NCBI GenBank assembly: GCA_002269645.1
Contig: NIVC01002901.1
Span: 66,762-130,761 of the forward strand
Length of the DNA stretch: 64,000 nt
DNA from: Macrostomum lignano
Lineage: Eukaryota
Direction: 5' to 3'
Shown here: positions 1-23,079 of the stretch, in pieces
Position numbering within the stretch: position 1 is the first letter of the stretch
Layout of the letters: every line of letters starts with the position of its first letter
The notes under the pieces: generated by a model
What the model was told of the DNA's origin: nothing
The model's input: only the letters and a program-made list of their open reading frames with translations
Database searches by the model: none
Program-made: the position numbers and the translations under genes

Positions 1-89
1 ATAGACAGCTGATTAACGTGAGGTGTATGAGCGTTACTTAATTTTATTGCCGAAAAAATTGTTACATTCATATAAACCTGATAATTCAC

Positions 90-385
90 TTCCCAATGTC
101 ACTCTCCCTAACTGCATTTACCCAATGTCACTCCCTATAGTTTTAATACCCCAATGTCACTCTCCCTAACTGCATTTCCCCAATGTCACTCTCCATAGTT
201 TTAATACCCCAATGTCACTCTCCCTAACTGCATTTCCCCAATGTCACTCTCCATGGTTTTAATACCCCAATGTCACTCTCCCTAACTGCATTTCCCCAAT
301 GTCACTCTCCCTCCCTAATTTCACTTCCCCAATGTCACTCTCCCTAACTTCACTCTCCCTAACTTCACTTTCCCAATTTTATTCT
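90..385. repeat. Minisatellite, ~58-bp unit built of two ~29-bp subunits, each with CCCAATGTCACTCTCC; lies in an HFM1 intron
   Basis: TTTTAATACC recurs at 141, 199 and 257; the CCCAATGTCACTC core recurs about every 29 bp. Confidence 0.9.
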
Positions 386-485
386 CCCAAACTAATTTAA
401 TATACTTCTTAACCTCTAGACTCCATCCCAATCAGAGGCTGTAACAACGCTGCTGTCTGAAGCCACCCCAGCACCTCAGACCCAC

Positions 486-1671
486 AGGTGTTGTGGCGAT
501 GATGTCGAGTCCCTCGATCTCGGCGAAGCTGATCTGCTCATAATCTCCAGTGACGCAGCCGCAGGCCAGGCCAAACTGGGCACCGAATACGGACTCCCAG
601 TGCGCCTGCTTCTCCTCGCAGAGGGCCTTCAGGGGAGAGACTGTGGGGTTGGGAAATTAAAATAAAAAGCCTTGGAACTGGTGAAACAATATGAGTTCGA
701 ATGCCAGCGGCTAGGATATACTTTTGTGTAGCATTTTGTGTTTGCGTTGGTTTTCACTGCAATCTGGGAGGGTGTTCGTGTCCCGCCTGGAGGTCCTGTC
801 TGAGGATCTGGGAGGGTGTTGGAGGAGGTCCTGTCTGAGGGTCTGGCAGGATGTTGGAGGAGGTCTTGTCTGAGGGTCTGGGAGGATGTTGGAGGAGGTC
901 CTGTCTGAGGGTTTAGGAGGATGTTGGAGGTCCTGTCTGAGGGTCTGGGAGGGTGTTGGAGGAGGTCCTGTCTGAGGGTCTGGGAGGATGTTGGAGGTCC
1001 TGTCTGAGGGTTTAGGAGGATGTTGGAGGTCCTGTCTGAGGGTCTGGGAGGGTGTTGGAGGAGGTCCTGTCTGAGGGTCTGGGAGGGTGTTGGAGGAGGT
1101 CCTGTCTGAGGGTCTGGGAGGATGTTGGAGGTCCTGTCTGAGGGTCTGGGAGGATGTTGGAGGTCCTGTCTGAGGGTCTGGGAGGATGTTGGAGGTCCTG
1201 TCTGAGGGTCTGGGAGGGGTTTTTGAGTCCCGCTCAAGAATCTGGAAGGCTAATGTAAATCAAAGAAGTCAGCATCGGGGCGGGTAGCTGGAACCCGAAC
1301 CCACTGTAGACGGCCTTCTTGAACTCGCCGCCGTTCCGACGCTGTTCGTCAAGATTCCTGATGATGGCCAGGTCGAACGCCACGGTCTTGCCGCTGCCAG
1401 TTGGCGCGGACACGACCAGATTCCTATCCGAGCCCAGGGCCTTGAGGATTGAGATTGGATCATATAGCTAGTTATAAATACCAAATAGTGCTTGCAGTTG
1501 TGATCTGGTGGAAACTAAAGTTCAAGAGGGTGATTGGAATGAGCAAAACTGACAGAAATGTCATAGGACAATTAGAAATAATACCATTTAATTCATGGAT
1601 TACAGCAAAATACATACCATAGGCAAAATTTTGGCTTGCATTGAGTTAAACTCATTAAAACCAAAAACTTT
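486..1671 (-). CDS. HFM1: HFM1/Mer3-like Ski2-family meiotic DNA helicase, partial. Exons ~1671-1618, 1440-1305 and 640-486; the gene continues off the left edge and its 5' exons are not identified
   Basis: Manual splicing gives KVFGFNEFNSMQAKILPM|ALGSDRNLVVSAPTGSGKTVAFDLAIIRNL...KAVYI|SPLKALCEEK...VTGDYE...DIIATTP. This contains the Q-motif, Walker A, motif Ia and TTP. Donors are GTATGT, GTGGGT, GTGGGT and phases are compatible (0, 1, 0). It matches the remembered HFM1 motif order. The start of the 5'-most exon is uncertain. Not found by the ORF track. Confidence 0.85.
790..1217. repeat. Minisatellite, 32-35-bp unit AGGTCCTGTCTGAGGGTCTGGGAGGGTGTTGG(AGG), in an HFM1 intron
   Basis: About 12 tandem copies are visible; ORF 629..1237 is its translation. 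Confidence 0.95.
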
Positions 1672-3463
1672 CTGGTACTCAGAAGGTGCAGGAAAAGATT
1701 AGGGCAAGTTAAGGAAAGTTTATAATAAAAATGCACAACTAGATTAAACAGCTTTTTAATGATATAAGTAATGGCTAAAGCTAAATTTCATAAGTAGACT
1801 GACAATAAATATTTTTTTATAAAAAGGATATCAATCAGATCAGCAACTTGGTGGGTCATTGTATAATATTTTCCTGTGTAAGGCCAAAATCTGAAATCTT
1901 TAAAAAGTCATCTTTAGTTTCTTAGTCAAATATTTGCAGTAAAATTTGTGTTATTATGGTTTAACTAATCTCCAAAAGGCAATGCAACAAAAATTATACT
2001 TATTAATCATTAAAAATAGTTATAGGACTAAAAGCTACTAAGGGAATAGAGAATTTAGATAACTGATATGACCACAGTCTATATGTTAATGTGGTAATTT
2101 TTTTATTTTTAAACATTGATTTGTAATTTGGGTTTCTTTTGAAATATGTTAATAATGCTATGCTTTCATTTTTAGATTTTTTTATTTTATTGGGCCTAAT
2201 CAAACGCTTTAGGATTAGAAGGGTATAATAAAAGATATGATGTTTCTGATTTAATGCTAATTTTAAATAAAACTTTTAAATAAATCAAAAATACACTTGT
2301 GTGACTAAAATTGTATCAATACTATCCTTAGAAAATATAGAAAGCTGTTTGGATGATATCATATTGGTATAACTATAGATCATATTTAGATCTAGATCTT
2401 TTTACTCATTATGAAAGAGTTAAAAACGCTCTGTGCTACAGTTCAGACTAATTATTATTGCAAATAAAAAATACAATAATATAGTGATGAAGAGTTGAGG
2501 AGGGTAGCAAAAACTTTGAACAAGTGCAACCGATGTATGCAGTTTCAGGATCATGTTTTTCTCTGAATAATAACTCTAGTTTCAACTCAGTTATATCCGT
2601 TAAAAATCTGATAGGTTATGTTATCGTTCGTTATGTCAGAGGAACATGTTCGAGTAGTTTTCTTTAACTTCTGTTTCGTGCGAAAATTTTAAACTTTCAA
2701 GTCACATTTTTCACAGATATAATAAAACAAATTATTTTACAGTTGTAATGCAAAAAAATCAGTCAATACATAATATGGCATAAGGAAGCCTAATTTTGCT
2801 TTTATAATATTTTTACAAAGTATTTTTAATGTACAAGGTTTCAATACAATAAAATCAAATTTCCCGTTGTAATCGTTTGAACCGTGCTCAGCTTATTGAT
2901 TACTTTAATTTGACGAACTTTTAATAACTAAATAGTTGCTAAAAGGTGAAACACCGCTTAGAGAGCACTTTAAAAATGTTTCTTGAATATTATGAAATGA
3001 AATGTCCTCTTATTTATTGAAATGAATAAACTCCTACAGTCCTACTCAATTATTTCAATTATTTAAACCCCATGCATTTATTCCTATTACAATGTCTTTG
3101 TCCAATTGTACACAGAAAGGCGGCCTTTGTTTCGCTGGGAAAACTCAAGAGCTCTGTTGAGAATATATAGTTTCTCAATTAGCCCAGGAAAAAGGCGCAT
3201 GGGTAGCTGTTTCTTGGGTAGCTGTGGGCCAGCCGACCACCTGAATCTGCCAGTGTTTCTTAAATTTGCGTTGATATGAAATTTTTATTAAAACAACTTC
3301 TGGACTTCAACGCCACCAATTTGAAGACGGATAATGACGATTTGAACTTAAAGATCAAGCTCTCTGAGCTTAAGCCTAGTTACGAGTATTTGAAGCTATA
3401 ACTAACGAAAGTTTAAACTTTTCGATCTGGGCTGTTTCCCGGAGGTCCATTGACTTCCCTAAT

Positions 3464-3661
3464 TGTTGTGTGTGGCTTGTGTGCAGTAATATTTACTCTC
3501 GCAATTTCGTGTACATCTGTGTACACTGCCCCCACCTCTTCTATGTACAGTGAAGTTCTCAACAATATAATATCGGTGTTTACCCAGTGCCTGGGTCTAA
3601 GAGTTTTCCTCGGTCGCTCGCAAACATGACTTGGCATTTATCATAACATGGCGTCGCAAGT
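3464..3661 (+). mobile_element. Candidate 5' LTR (TGTTG...AACA, ending 3648) plus primer-binding site TGGCGTCGCAAGT
   Basis: ACA|TGG junction lies 31 bp upstream of the gag ATG. There is no second LTR in the window, so the left boundary is a guess. Confidence 0.4.
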
Positions 3662-3679
3662 CTAAACTATCTATCCAGT

Positions 3680-4965
3680 ATGGCAAGGATGGAAGGATTG
3701 AGGCCGCCAGAGCCTATGGTTTTTGACACCAATAGCGTGGACAACTGTAGAAAGTGGATCAAATCGTTCGATTTTTATATGAAAGCTACGAAGAGAACTG
3801 AAGAAAACAACGATGTGAAGATCGCCATTCTGCTAACCGCCCTCGGCTCGGATCCGACGGTCAAGATATCTACACGTTTCCTGCAGACAAAGTAGCCACG
3901 TACGACGAAGTCGAGGCATTCAAAGACTACTGCGAGCCTCTGTCAAACGAAACATTTGAGCGCTACCAGCTCCGGACAAAAGTGCAAGGAGAAGCTGAGG
4001 ACTTTGACCAGTTTGTCAGCTCCCTCCGTCAGATCATCAAACGCTGCAATTACAGCAAGCCAGCTAACGAGGAGACTATCGAGAACAGTGTCCTTCGAAA
4101 CCAGATCGTCATCGGAGTCAACGACCCAGCTCTGGGGGAAAGATTTCTGCGAGAGACGAAGCTGACTTTGGATCGCGCCATCCAGATGGGTCGAGCATCC
4201 GAGACTTCGAAGCGGCAGGCTCGGACCCTGGCCACTGCGCAGATCAGCCAAGTGACGCCTGCAGCCGCGCCAGCGTCTATCGATGCAGTGCAAAACCAAG
4301 CCAAAGCGACAGTCGGCCACGACAGATCGGCTCGAAGCTGCGGATTCTGCGGACAGCAGCATGAGCGGCGCAAGTTCCCGGCCTTCGGTAAGACCTGCAA
4401 TAATTGTGGTCGCACGAATCATTTTTCGTCCGTGTGCCGCTCAGCGAAGGTCAACGAGCTGGTGGAGGACTCCAAGGCTGACTGTGCTGGCGATGCTCCG
4501 GCAGCAGCTATCATGATGGTTGAGAAGCCGAGTGCTCGCCAGCCCAAGTTGCAAACAGATGCCTCGTCGATGATGGCTTGCCTTTCAGTCACGGACTCCG
4601 GAAGAAAGTTGCACTTCAAGGTAGACACTGGGGCGGATGTTAATGTGATTTCTCTGAGACAGCCGATCCAGCTTGCCCCAGCAGCAGCAATTGAGCCTAC
4701 GTCCTGGACACTGACCACCTACAATAAGCAGCTGTTGGACGTGGTCGGCACCACGTACTTGACAGTGTCATCGCCCTGCCGTAAGAATGTCAGACTTCAG
4801 TTTGTAGTCATCGGCGAGAGCTCGATTAGCGGCTGGAAATCAGCAATTGAGGAGCTTCAGTTAGTCAAGAAACTAATATTTGCTGTGCAGAGCCAGAGCA
4901 GCAGCATCAGCAAAGTGCAAAAACAGCCTCTCAGTTGAAACCGCATACCCTTAAGTATTCAACGG
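3680..4965 (+). pseudogene. Gypsy gag-protease, frameshifted
   Basis: MARMEGLRPPEPM gag start; Zn knuckles CGFCGQQH and CNNCGRTNHFSSVC; aspartic protease FKVDTGADVNVIS; frame breaks near 3860-3920 and after the protease. Confidence 0.85.
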
Positions 4966-5535
4966 GGGGCAAACGGCAACTTAAACCGAGGGACTCTGTG
5001 ACATCCGCCAGCTTTTCGTTTTTCGAGGAGGCTCTTCCCCCTCCTTTTCGTTCTGGCCTGGCGTGGAAGCGGCTAGCTTCCTCGTCTTGGTCTGCTGGTG
5101 GGGGACGGATCCCCCCTGCTGCTTTTTTGCGGGGCAGGTGGCTGCTAAGTAGTTGGCTGCTGGCTAAGCGCCAACTACCCATCGACAGCCCTTAGTTGCA
5201 ACTGGTACCACACGGGTTCTCGAGGGCCGCTCTTGTGGGGGAGGGCTCGGGCGTCGGCTGTCAACTCGACCTGGCGCCTGTGTCCCAAGCCCGCAGCCGG
5301 CCTCCCGCCCCCTGATCTTGCAGAGTGTGGACCGGGGGCCTGCCGGAGCCTCGCCTGGGAGCAATCCTGGGATAAGGCGGCAACCCAAAGCTTCTCTGCT
5401 GTTTACCGTGGCAGAGGGTAGCTCCACGGAGCTGGCTGGGGGTATATCCAGTCCCCGAGCGGTTACCCCCCTCTTTTCTACATTTCAGTTTTTCCATTTC
5501 AGCCTACTCTGCATGGATAAATCAAAACCACCTGA

Positions 5536-10251
<4,716 letters not shown>

Positions 10252-10344
10252 TCCTTGTGCTCTTTTACCTTGGGGTTGCGATAGGGGCCTCGCGGCCTAT
10301 TCGCGGCGCCTGCGCCCCCCGTCAGTAGTAAGTAAGTAAGTAAG

Positions 10345-11223
10345 TAAGTATTCAACGGCGTTGGCTGCATGAAGCAACCGTACACCATCCGGCTTGCTGA
10401 CAACGCCGCGCCAAAAGTGCAGCCTCCTCGCAAGGTGCCGTTCGCTGCGTATTAACCGCTCAAATGTGAGCTCGAAAGACTGGAGAAAGAAGGCACCATT
10501 GTGCGAGTCGATGAGCCGACACAATGGGTCTCTAATGTGGCCATCGTCTGGAAGAAGGACGGATCCATGCGGCTGTGCCTGGATTCGACATACCTGAATA
10601 GGTTCATCGTTCGTGAGTACCATCCAATTCCGACTGCCAATGAGGTGCGAGCTGCGACTGCTGGAGCCATCCTATACAGCTCATTCGACGCAAACGAGAG
10701 CTTTCATCAGCTGAAACTCGACGACGAAAGTTCTTACCTGACAACATTCCACACTCCATTTGGCCGATATCGCTGGAAGCGCGTGCCGTACGGTCTCTCG
10801 TCGATCCCGGAGGTCTTCCAGAAAAGAATGGAAGAGAACGTCACCAACCACGTGAAGAACACCAAGAACTTCTTTGACGACATCATCGTTTGGGGCAAGA
10901 CTATCGAGGAGCATGATCAGGCAGTGCGAGAGCTCCTGGAGCAGTGCAAGCGAGCCAAGGTGATGCTGAATCCACAGAAGATGCGAGTTGGCGTCCAAGA
11001 ACTCAACTACCTGGGAGATGTGCTGAGCTCTGAAGGATTGCGTGCAGACCCGATTAAAATCAAAGCAATCAGGAAGATGACGAGGCCAAATGACGTTGAA
11101 GGCCTCACTTCAAAGAAGGAGCAGCTTCGCAGATTTCCCGGCTGCGTCACGTATCTGGCCAAGTTTTGTCCACATCTGTCCACCGCTGCAGAGCCCCTTA
11201 GACATCTGCTATCTGGAGTTTGA
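10345..11223 (+). pseudogene. Gypsy reverse transcriptase, right-hand fragment
   Basis: PRKVPF, WVSNVAIVWKKDGSMRLCLD, FHTPFGRYRWKRVPYGLSS, FFDDII; internal stop near 10453; similarity ends at ~11215. Confidence 0.9.
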
Positions 11224-11568
11224 CGCATCAGCATGATGACGCGTACGATGCAATCATCACTGCAAATAAATTCCGAGCTCATCGCGGGATTAATGAATGA
11301 CACAAAAACAGATCAAAATTGATGCTGAGAAACTCTTGTCCGTCAATGACTTTCCGTTTATTTTATCAATTTAAACTCTTCTCGCAATCTCTGTACTCGT
11401 AAATCCGTCCTGATACCAAAGCGGCTTTGAAATTAGAATTGAAAAAAGTTTGACCCCCCTAGTTTCTAAGGCAGAGGTTCTAATTGGGAATTAAATAATA
11501 ATATTGTTGTGTTTTGTTCTTGTATCATCTCAGACGCCCTGTCTCTCTCTCCCTCTCCCTGTCTCTCT

Positions 11569-11656
11569 CAGCCAATGAGAGAGCAGTGAGGAGAGAGGAC
11601 GGACGAAACTCAGCCTAGTAAGGTGCAGGCCCAATTTATCTCGCTCAACCAATCAG
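11569..11656 (+). promoter_or_regulatory. Two NF-Y-type CCAAT boxes (AGCCAATGA, AACCAATCAG), possible promoter ~1.2 kb upstream of SLC16
   Basis: Motif match only. Confidence 0.3.
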
Positions 11657-12806
11657 GGTAAAGTCAAAGTCAGACAGGCACAAGCGGGCAAGAGAAAAGC
11701 CTCGGCCTGGTTGGGGGGGGGGTTGGGGTACCTACCCCCTTTCTCTCTGGCTCGCTATGCACACACGAACTGGATTGGAGTTTTCCAAGTTTTCCTGTCT
11801 TTAATATACTTTATTTGATTTATTTTTAAATTGGAGTCGGTAAAACAGATGGGACATTCACATTGTTATGAATCGAATTAGCATCGAATTAATCACTTTC
11901 TGCTTTTTTGACTTAAATATGCGCCAGTAATGTAGCAGCAGTACACCAAGACAGCTGCTGCCCCTATCCCTACTCCGCAACATTCCTAATCCATCAAATA
12001 TGTAATACGCCCTATCTCTAATTCACCAAATCTCCAAACGCCAAAATGCAGGAAAAAGTAGTGAATAGCTACTAGTAGTAGCAAGTAGACACTGCTACAT
12101 CCAACAGATTAAAAATCTGACATTAACCCTTATTTCCCCTCCATAACTGTATAGTAAGAGTACTTTTCATTTCCAAATATTTAATTCCACTAAATTTCTA
12201 CTGTTATCAGTAAAATCCACATTTTGATACCCTTGAAAAAGCGCATTGCCAGAGGCAGAGCCTGAAGCGCGGAGGCCTCTGCTGCCTCAACGATATCACG
12301 ACGTTGGCTTGGCTTGGAGTTCCCAATTCCAGGTTTCTAATGCAGTCATCCATGGCTCAGTCCAAAGTAGCGGGTGTGAGAAGCCACTATAATTGCTTTT
12401 TTCTAGCAGCATAGACAGATAGTGGGCGGGAGGTGCGGCGGAGTTCGCGCGGCCCGCGGTGCGCCAAGATAAGGAGGCAGCCGGAGAACAAGGAGAAACT
12501 CGCCGCTGATACGCTGAACAATGAAACCACAGGGAGCACGAGGTCGCGGCTTGTTGAGGCTCGCAGCGACCGCCGCTCGGCAGATAACAGGAGTTGATAA
12601 GTGGCTTCGGCCCGAGCAGCAGCAGCAATCGGTCGGAGAAAGAGTCTTTCTTCATTTGGGTCACGTGGGACTTAGTGCGTTGGCCGCGGTTCATCCCCCC
12701 CCCCGCCTCACGCCTAGCGAACCGCCGATATCTGCTCTCTCGAAGCCTCAGAAAAGCAGAAAAAACCGGGAAGAAGCAGCAGCAGCACCAGAGTGCCAGC
12801 AGCTCC

Positions 12807-14846
12807 ATGCCTGAAGTTGCCCACCAGCCGGACAGTTCGGAGGACGCTGCGGCAGCCGAGAAGGCCACCATGTTGACGCCGATCGGGGAGGAGCAGCCGC
12901 AGATCGAGGAGGTCGAGGAGTCGATGCTGCCGCTGCCGCTGGACCGCGGCTACGCCTGGGTGGTGATGCTGGCCAGCATGTGCAACAACTTCATCATCGA
13001 CGGCATCGCCAACACCTACTGCGAGCTGCTGGTCGACTTCATCGAGTATTTCGCAGACGCGCCAAAGTCTTCGCTGTCGCTGATCGGGTCGCTGCTGTGC
13101 GGGGTGTACCTCATCTCCGGGCCGGTGGCCGGCGGCCTTGTCAACAAGTTCGGCTGCCGAGTCACCTGCGTCCTCGGCTCCGTTATCGCCTGCCTGGCCT
13201 TCCTGGCCAGCAGCTTCGCCAGGACCGTCACCCAGCTGACTCTGCTGTACGGCGTCGCGGGTGGCATCGGACTCGGCCTGATGTACCTGCCGTCCATCGT
13301 CATCGTGAACTTCTACTTTCGCAAACGGCGCTCGCTGGCAGTGGGGCTGGCGGTGTGCGGCACGGGCATCGGCACCATGGTGATGGGCCCGGTGGTGCGC
13401 CTGCTGCTGGAGCACTACGGCTGGCAGAACTGCCTCATGATCCTCGCCGGTGTCACCCTCAACGGCGCCGTCTTCGGCTGCCTGATGCGCCCCATTGACG
13501 TTGCCGAGAAGCCGCCGGTAGCGGACGAAACTGATGGCGGCGGCGGCGGCGGCGTCACCGAACCGACCGCGGCCCCGACAACCAGAGTCGGCAATGACGC
13601 GGCCGGCGGCTCCAAGAACGTCAGCAACCTGGTGCAGAAGTACATAAAGAACGTAGCACAGGCAGCAGCCCCGTCCAACGGAACAGCCGACACGGAGGCG
13701 GAGGACCCGAGGCTGCGGTCGAACAGCGACTCCGGCACGATTCGCTTCAAGCGGAACAAAGTCCGGAAGCCGTCCAAGTCGCGGGTGGTCGCGGCGGCAG
13801 CAGCCCCCGGCAACTTCATGGGGTCCACGCCGGACATGCTGCCGGAGATTCGGGTGCGGCCGCGAGGCCAGACCAGCGCCGCGGCCGACTCCGCTGCTGG
13901 CGGCGGGGCGGGCCGCCTCATCAGCCGCAGCCGCCTGCAGGAGGTCCGCCGGCCGCTCAACCAGAAGGACATCTTCCTGGGCAGCTCGATCTTCGACCTG
14001 GCCCAGAACGATCCCAGGATGAAGCGGTCGCTGAAGGACGTGTCGCAGGCGGACCTGTACCTGTCAATGACCCGCCTGCCCCAGGCGGACCGCGAGTCCG
14101 TCGTCGTCAGGTCCGTAGACGGCAGCGCTGAAGTCGTCGGCGTCTTCGACACCCTGCGCGCCTCGAAGCCGTTCCGCTACGCGCTGTCGCTCATGACGAA
14201 CTTCAGCCTGCTGAAGGAGCTGAGCTACCTTATCATCTTCGCCGCCAACATGGTGGGCATGATCGCGTTCTACATCCCCGGCTTCTTCATCAGCGACTTT
14301 GCCAAGGAGACCGGCGTCCCCGCCGCGCTGACGCCGACCCTCATCTCGGCCTACGGCGCCGCCAACACCCTCGCCCGGGTGGCCTTCGGCTTCCTGGCCG
14401 GCCAGAAGCACTTCTCCCCGCTGGCCATCAACAACGTCACCATCCTCATCACTGGAGTCTGCGTCGCCCTGCTGGTGGTCTGCCACAACTACGTCTCTAT
14501 GGTGACGGTGTTCGCGCTGTTCGGCTTCTTCTCCGGGCCGTACATCAGCCTCACCAGCGTCATCCTGTGCCAGCTGATCGGCTTGGAGAATGTCACCAGC
14601 GGCTTCGGCCTACTGGTGCTGGCGCGGGGAGTGTCCTCCAGCTGCGGCCCGCCTATCGGCGGCTGCCTGTACACCGAGGCCTCCGGCTACCTGGTGCCGT
14701 TCCTGGTCAGCGGAGCGCTGTTCTGCCTGTGCGGCCTCATGCACAGCCTGCTGCACCTGCCCCGCTTCCGCCGGCGCGAGGCTGAAAACACTGAGGACAT
14801 TGTGCGGAGCCTGCAGAGCCTGGCCAGCTCCCGGGTGCAGGGCTGA
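12807..14846 (+). CDS. SLC16/monocarboxylate transporter family MFS protein, apparently intronless, with a large central loop
   Basis: First in-frame ATG at 12807. LDRGYAWVVMLAS matches the PDGGxGW-type TM1 signature. Also VNKFGCR and YFRKRRSLAVGLAVCGTGIG. Two blocks of hydrophobic helices are separated by a ~230-aa polar loop. The extreme 3' end could be spliced. Confidence 0.92.
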   Translation: MPEVAHQPDSSEDAAAAEKATMLTPIGEEQPQIEEVEESMLPLPLDRGYAWVVMLASMCNNFIIDGIANTYCELLVDFIEYFADAPKSSLSLIGSLLCGVYLISGPVAGGLVNKFGCRVTCVLGSVIACLAFLASSFARTVTQLTLLYGVAGGIGLGLMYLPSIVIVNFYFRKRRSLAVGLAVCGTGIGTMVMGPVVRLLLEHYGWQNCLMILAGVTLNGAVFGCLMRPIDVAEKPPVADETDGGGGGGVTEPTAAPTTRVGNDAAGGSKNVSNLVQKYIKNVAQAAAPSNGTADTEAEDPRLRSNSDSGTIRFKRNKVRKPSKSRVVAAAAAPGNFMGSTPDMLPEIRVRPRGQTSAAADSAAGGGAGRLISRSRLQEVRRPLNQKDIFLGSSIFDLAQNDPRMKRSLKDVSQADLYLSMTRLPQADRESVVVRSVDGSAEVVGVFDTLRASKPFRYALSLMTNFSLLKELSYLIIFAANMVGMIAFYIPGFFISDFAKETGVPAALTPTLISAYGAANTLARVAFGFLAGQKHFSPLAINNVTILITGVCVALLVVCHNYVSMVTVFALFGFFSGPYISLTSVILCQLIGLENVTSGFGLLVLARGVSSSCGPPIGGCLYTEASGYLVPFLVSGALFCLCGLMHSLLHLPRFRRREAENTEDIVRSLQSLASSRVQG

Positions 14847-14847
14847 A

Positions 14848-15468
14848 TGACTGACTGACTGACTGACTGACTGACTGACTGACTGACTGACTGACTGACT
14901 GACTGACTGACTGACTGACTGACTGACTGACTGACTGACTGACTGACTGACTGACTGACTGACTGACTGACTGACTGACTGACTGACTGACTGACTGACT
15001 GACTGACTGACTGACTGACTGACTGACTGACTGACTGACTGACTGACTGACTGACTGACTGACTGACTGACTGACTGACTGACTGACTGACTGACTGACT
15101 GACTGACTGACTGACTGACTGACTGACTGACTGACTGACTGACTGACTGACTGACTGACTGACTGACTGACTGACTGACTGACTGACTGACTGACTGACT
15201 GACTGACTGACTGACTGACTGACTGACTGACTGACTGACTGACTGACTGACTGACTGACTGACTGACTGACTGACTGACTGACTGACTGACTGACTGACT
15301 GACTGACTGACTGACTGACTGACTGACTGACTGACTGACTGACTGACTGACTGACTGACTGACTGACTGACTGACTGACTGACTGACTGACTGACTGACT
15401 GACTGACTGACTGACTGACTGACTGACTGACTGACTGACTGACTGACTGACTGACTGACTGACTGACT
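14848..15468. repeat. (TGAC)n microsatellite, ~155 units
   Basis: Perfect array starting 2 nt after the SLC16 stop codon. Confidence 0.98.
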
Positions 15469-16059
15469 AGACCCAGCCTCTCAAATCTTCACCGATCCCC
15501 TGGTGATGGTAGTTGCAGCTTACATAATCATTAAATACACCGGTAGAGATAAACCACTATGCTAGCAGTCGTTGGCTTTTGTTGGTTATTTTTCAATTTC
15601 GCGCGAACTTAGCTACTGCAAGTAGGCAATTAGCGAATATGTGAAGAAGGTTTAACTCGCCAACTTCCTGCTCTATCGGTCCCAGAGTTGAAGAGCGACT
15701 ATAGAATTTGCGACACTTGAATGTGAGTTTTAGCGTCAAAGCAGAAGCTTGGCTGGCAGCAAAAAAGGCACATCAAAATCTGCTTCCATTTCGGCTCACC
15801 TGAGCCACAACACGCCGTCTCCGCAAGCACGGCGTGCGGTGAGGCTGGGGTGGCGGCCATTGGCTGTAGAGCGGCTGGGAGAGGCCCGGGGCAGCACGAA
15901 CGCCCACCCCACCCTCCTCACCATTTTTATCGCCCGACTGCCCGCATCCCCCGCAGTTGTTGCAATTTCCTGTTCAGTCAGGTCTCAGAGTTGCCGGGCC
16001 CAGAAATTTTTACAGAAAAGCTTTCAAGAGTGTCAAGAGAATTGCGGCTGAGAGGAGCA

Positions 16060-21917
<5,858 letters not shown>

Positions 21918-22077
21918 CAGCTCATTAATTATGCTAATTAGCTGGAACCTGATATTAAATATGATAATTGCTGTAGCTACCGTAGCAATCCTTATGATTT
22001 ATGATCTCATGAAACAATTTCGAAATATGATTTTGTCACCCATCAGCTGTTGCCTCGGCACAATTTGTGAGCCCCGT

Positions 22078-22657
22078 AATATCCCGTAACTGAATATCCC
22101 GTGACAGAATATCCCGTGACAGAATATCCCGTGACAGAATATCCCGCGACAGAATATCCCGTGACTGAATAACCCGTGACAAAATACCCCGTGACAGAAT
22201 ATCCCGTGACAGAATATCCCGTGACAGAGTATCCCGTGACAGAATATCCCGTGACAGAGTATCCCGCGACAGAACATCCCGTGACAGAATATCCCGTAAC
22301 AGAATATCCCGTGACAGAATATCCCGTGACAGAGTATCCCGTGACAGAACATCCCGTGACAAAATACCCCGTGACAGAATATCCCGTGACAGAATATCCC
22401 GTGACAGAGTATCCCGTGACAAAATACCCCGTGACAGAATATCCCGTGACTGAATAACCCGTGACAAAATACCCCGTGACAGAATATCCCGTGACAGAAT
22501 ATCCCGTGACAGAGTATCCCGTGACAGAATATCCCGTGACAGAGTATCCCGCGACAGAACATCCCGTGACAGAATATCCCGTAACAGAATATCCCGTGAC
22601 AGAATATCCCGTGACAGAGTATCCCGTGACAGAACATCCCGTGACAGAGTATCCCGT
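22078..22657. repeat. 15-bp tandem repeat (ATATCCCGTGACAGA)n with a ~285-bp higher-order duplication
   Basis: ORFs 22176 and 22461 start identically at an offset of 285. Confidence 0.95.
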
Positions 22658-23079
22658 GCTTACAAACTCAATGTTCATTCCAGAGGTCTGTATGTCTGTA
22701 CACTGTCACCTATTAGCCTACCAGATGTAATGACAAAGACTTTATCGCTATCTAGTAAATCAAGACTTTGCTACCATCTCTATGGCACCCGTGCCAATCA
22801 ATATTCTTCTGATGTAAAATGTGTACATAACATACTCTGAAGCAGTGCATGGACTTTCTGTTCCTGCCTGTGAAAAAGCAATTAAACACACAGGGCTGCT
22901 CTTTTGGAGTTGATTCAGCAGCCCGCGAGTGAGACCAGATTCTCGGCAGTTTTATCTTTTGAAACACTGCTTAGCGAACTTTGCGAAATTTACATCTTTC
23001 TTTTGAACTTTGGCGTACTGGGCTGTCTCCCAATGTCACTCCTCTGATCTAGCTACCAGAAAATTGTCACTTTAAACTA

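Noticed and set aside
5070-5150. Complete HDV-like ribozyme
   Set aside because: An L3-like TCCTCGT and a P4-like hairpin are present, but P3 does not pair and no C-N-A-A J4/2 follows; kept only as a search suggestion
11224-11520. 3' LTR or integrase of the Gypsy element
   Set aside because: No match to 3464-3648 and no RNase H or integrase motifs; the element is truncated
12594-12806. 71-codon N-terminal extension of SLC16 in the ORF track
   Set aside because: It starts at TTG and has no family similarity; the first ATG is at 12807
21999-22637. Cys/His-rich (HGIFC)n ORF suggesting a metal-binding protein
   Set aside because: It is the reverse frame of a 15-bp satellite; three frames are open, so there is no evidence of coding selection
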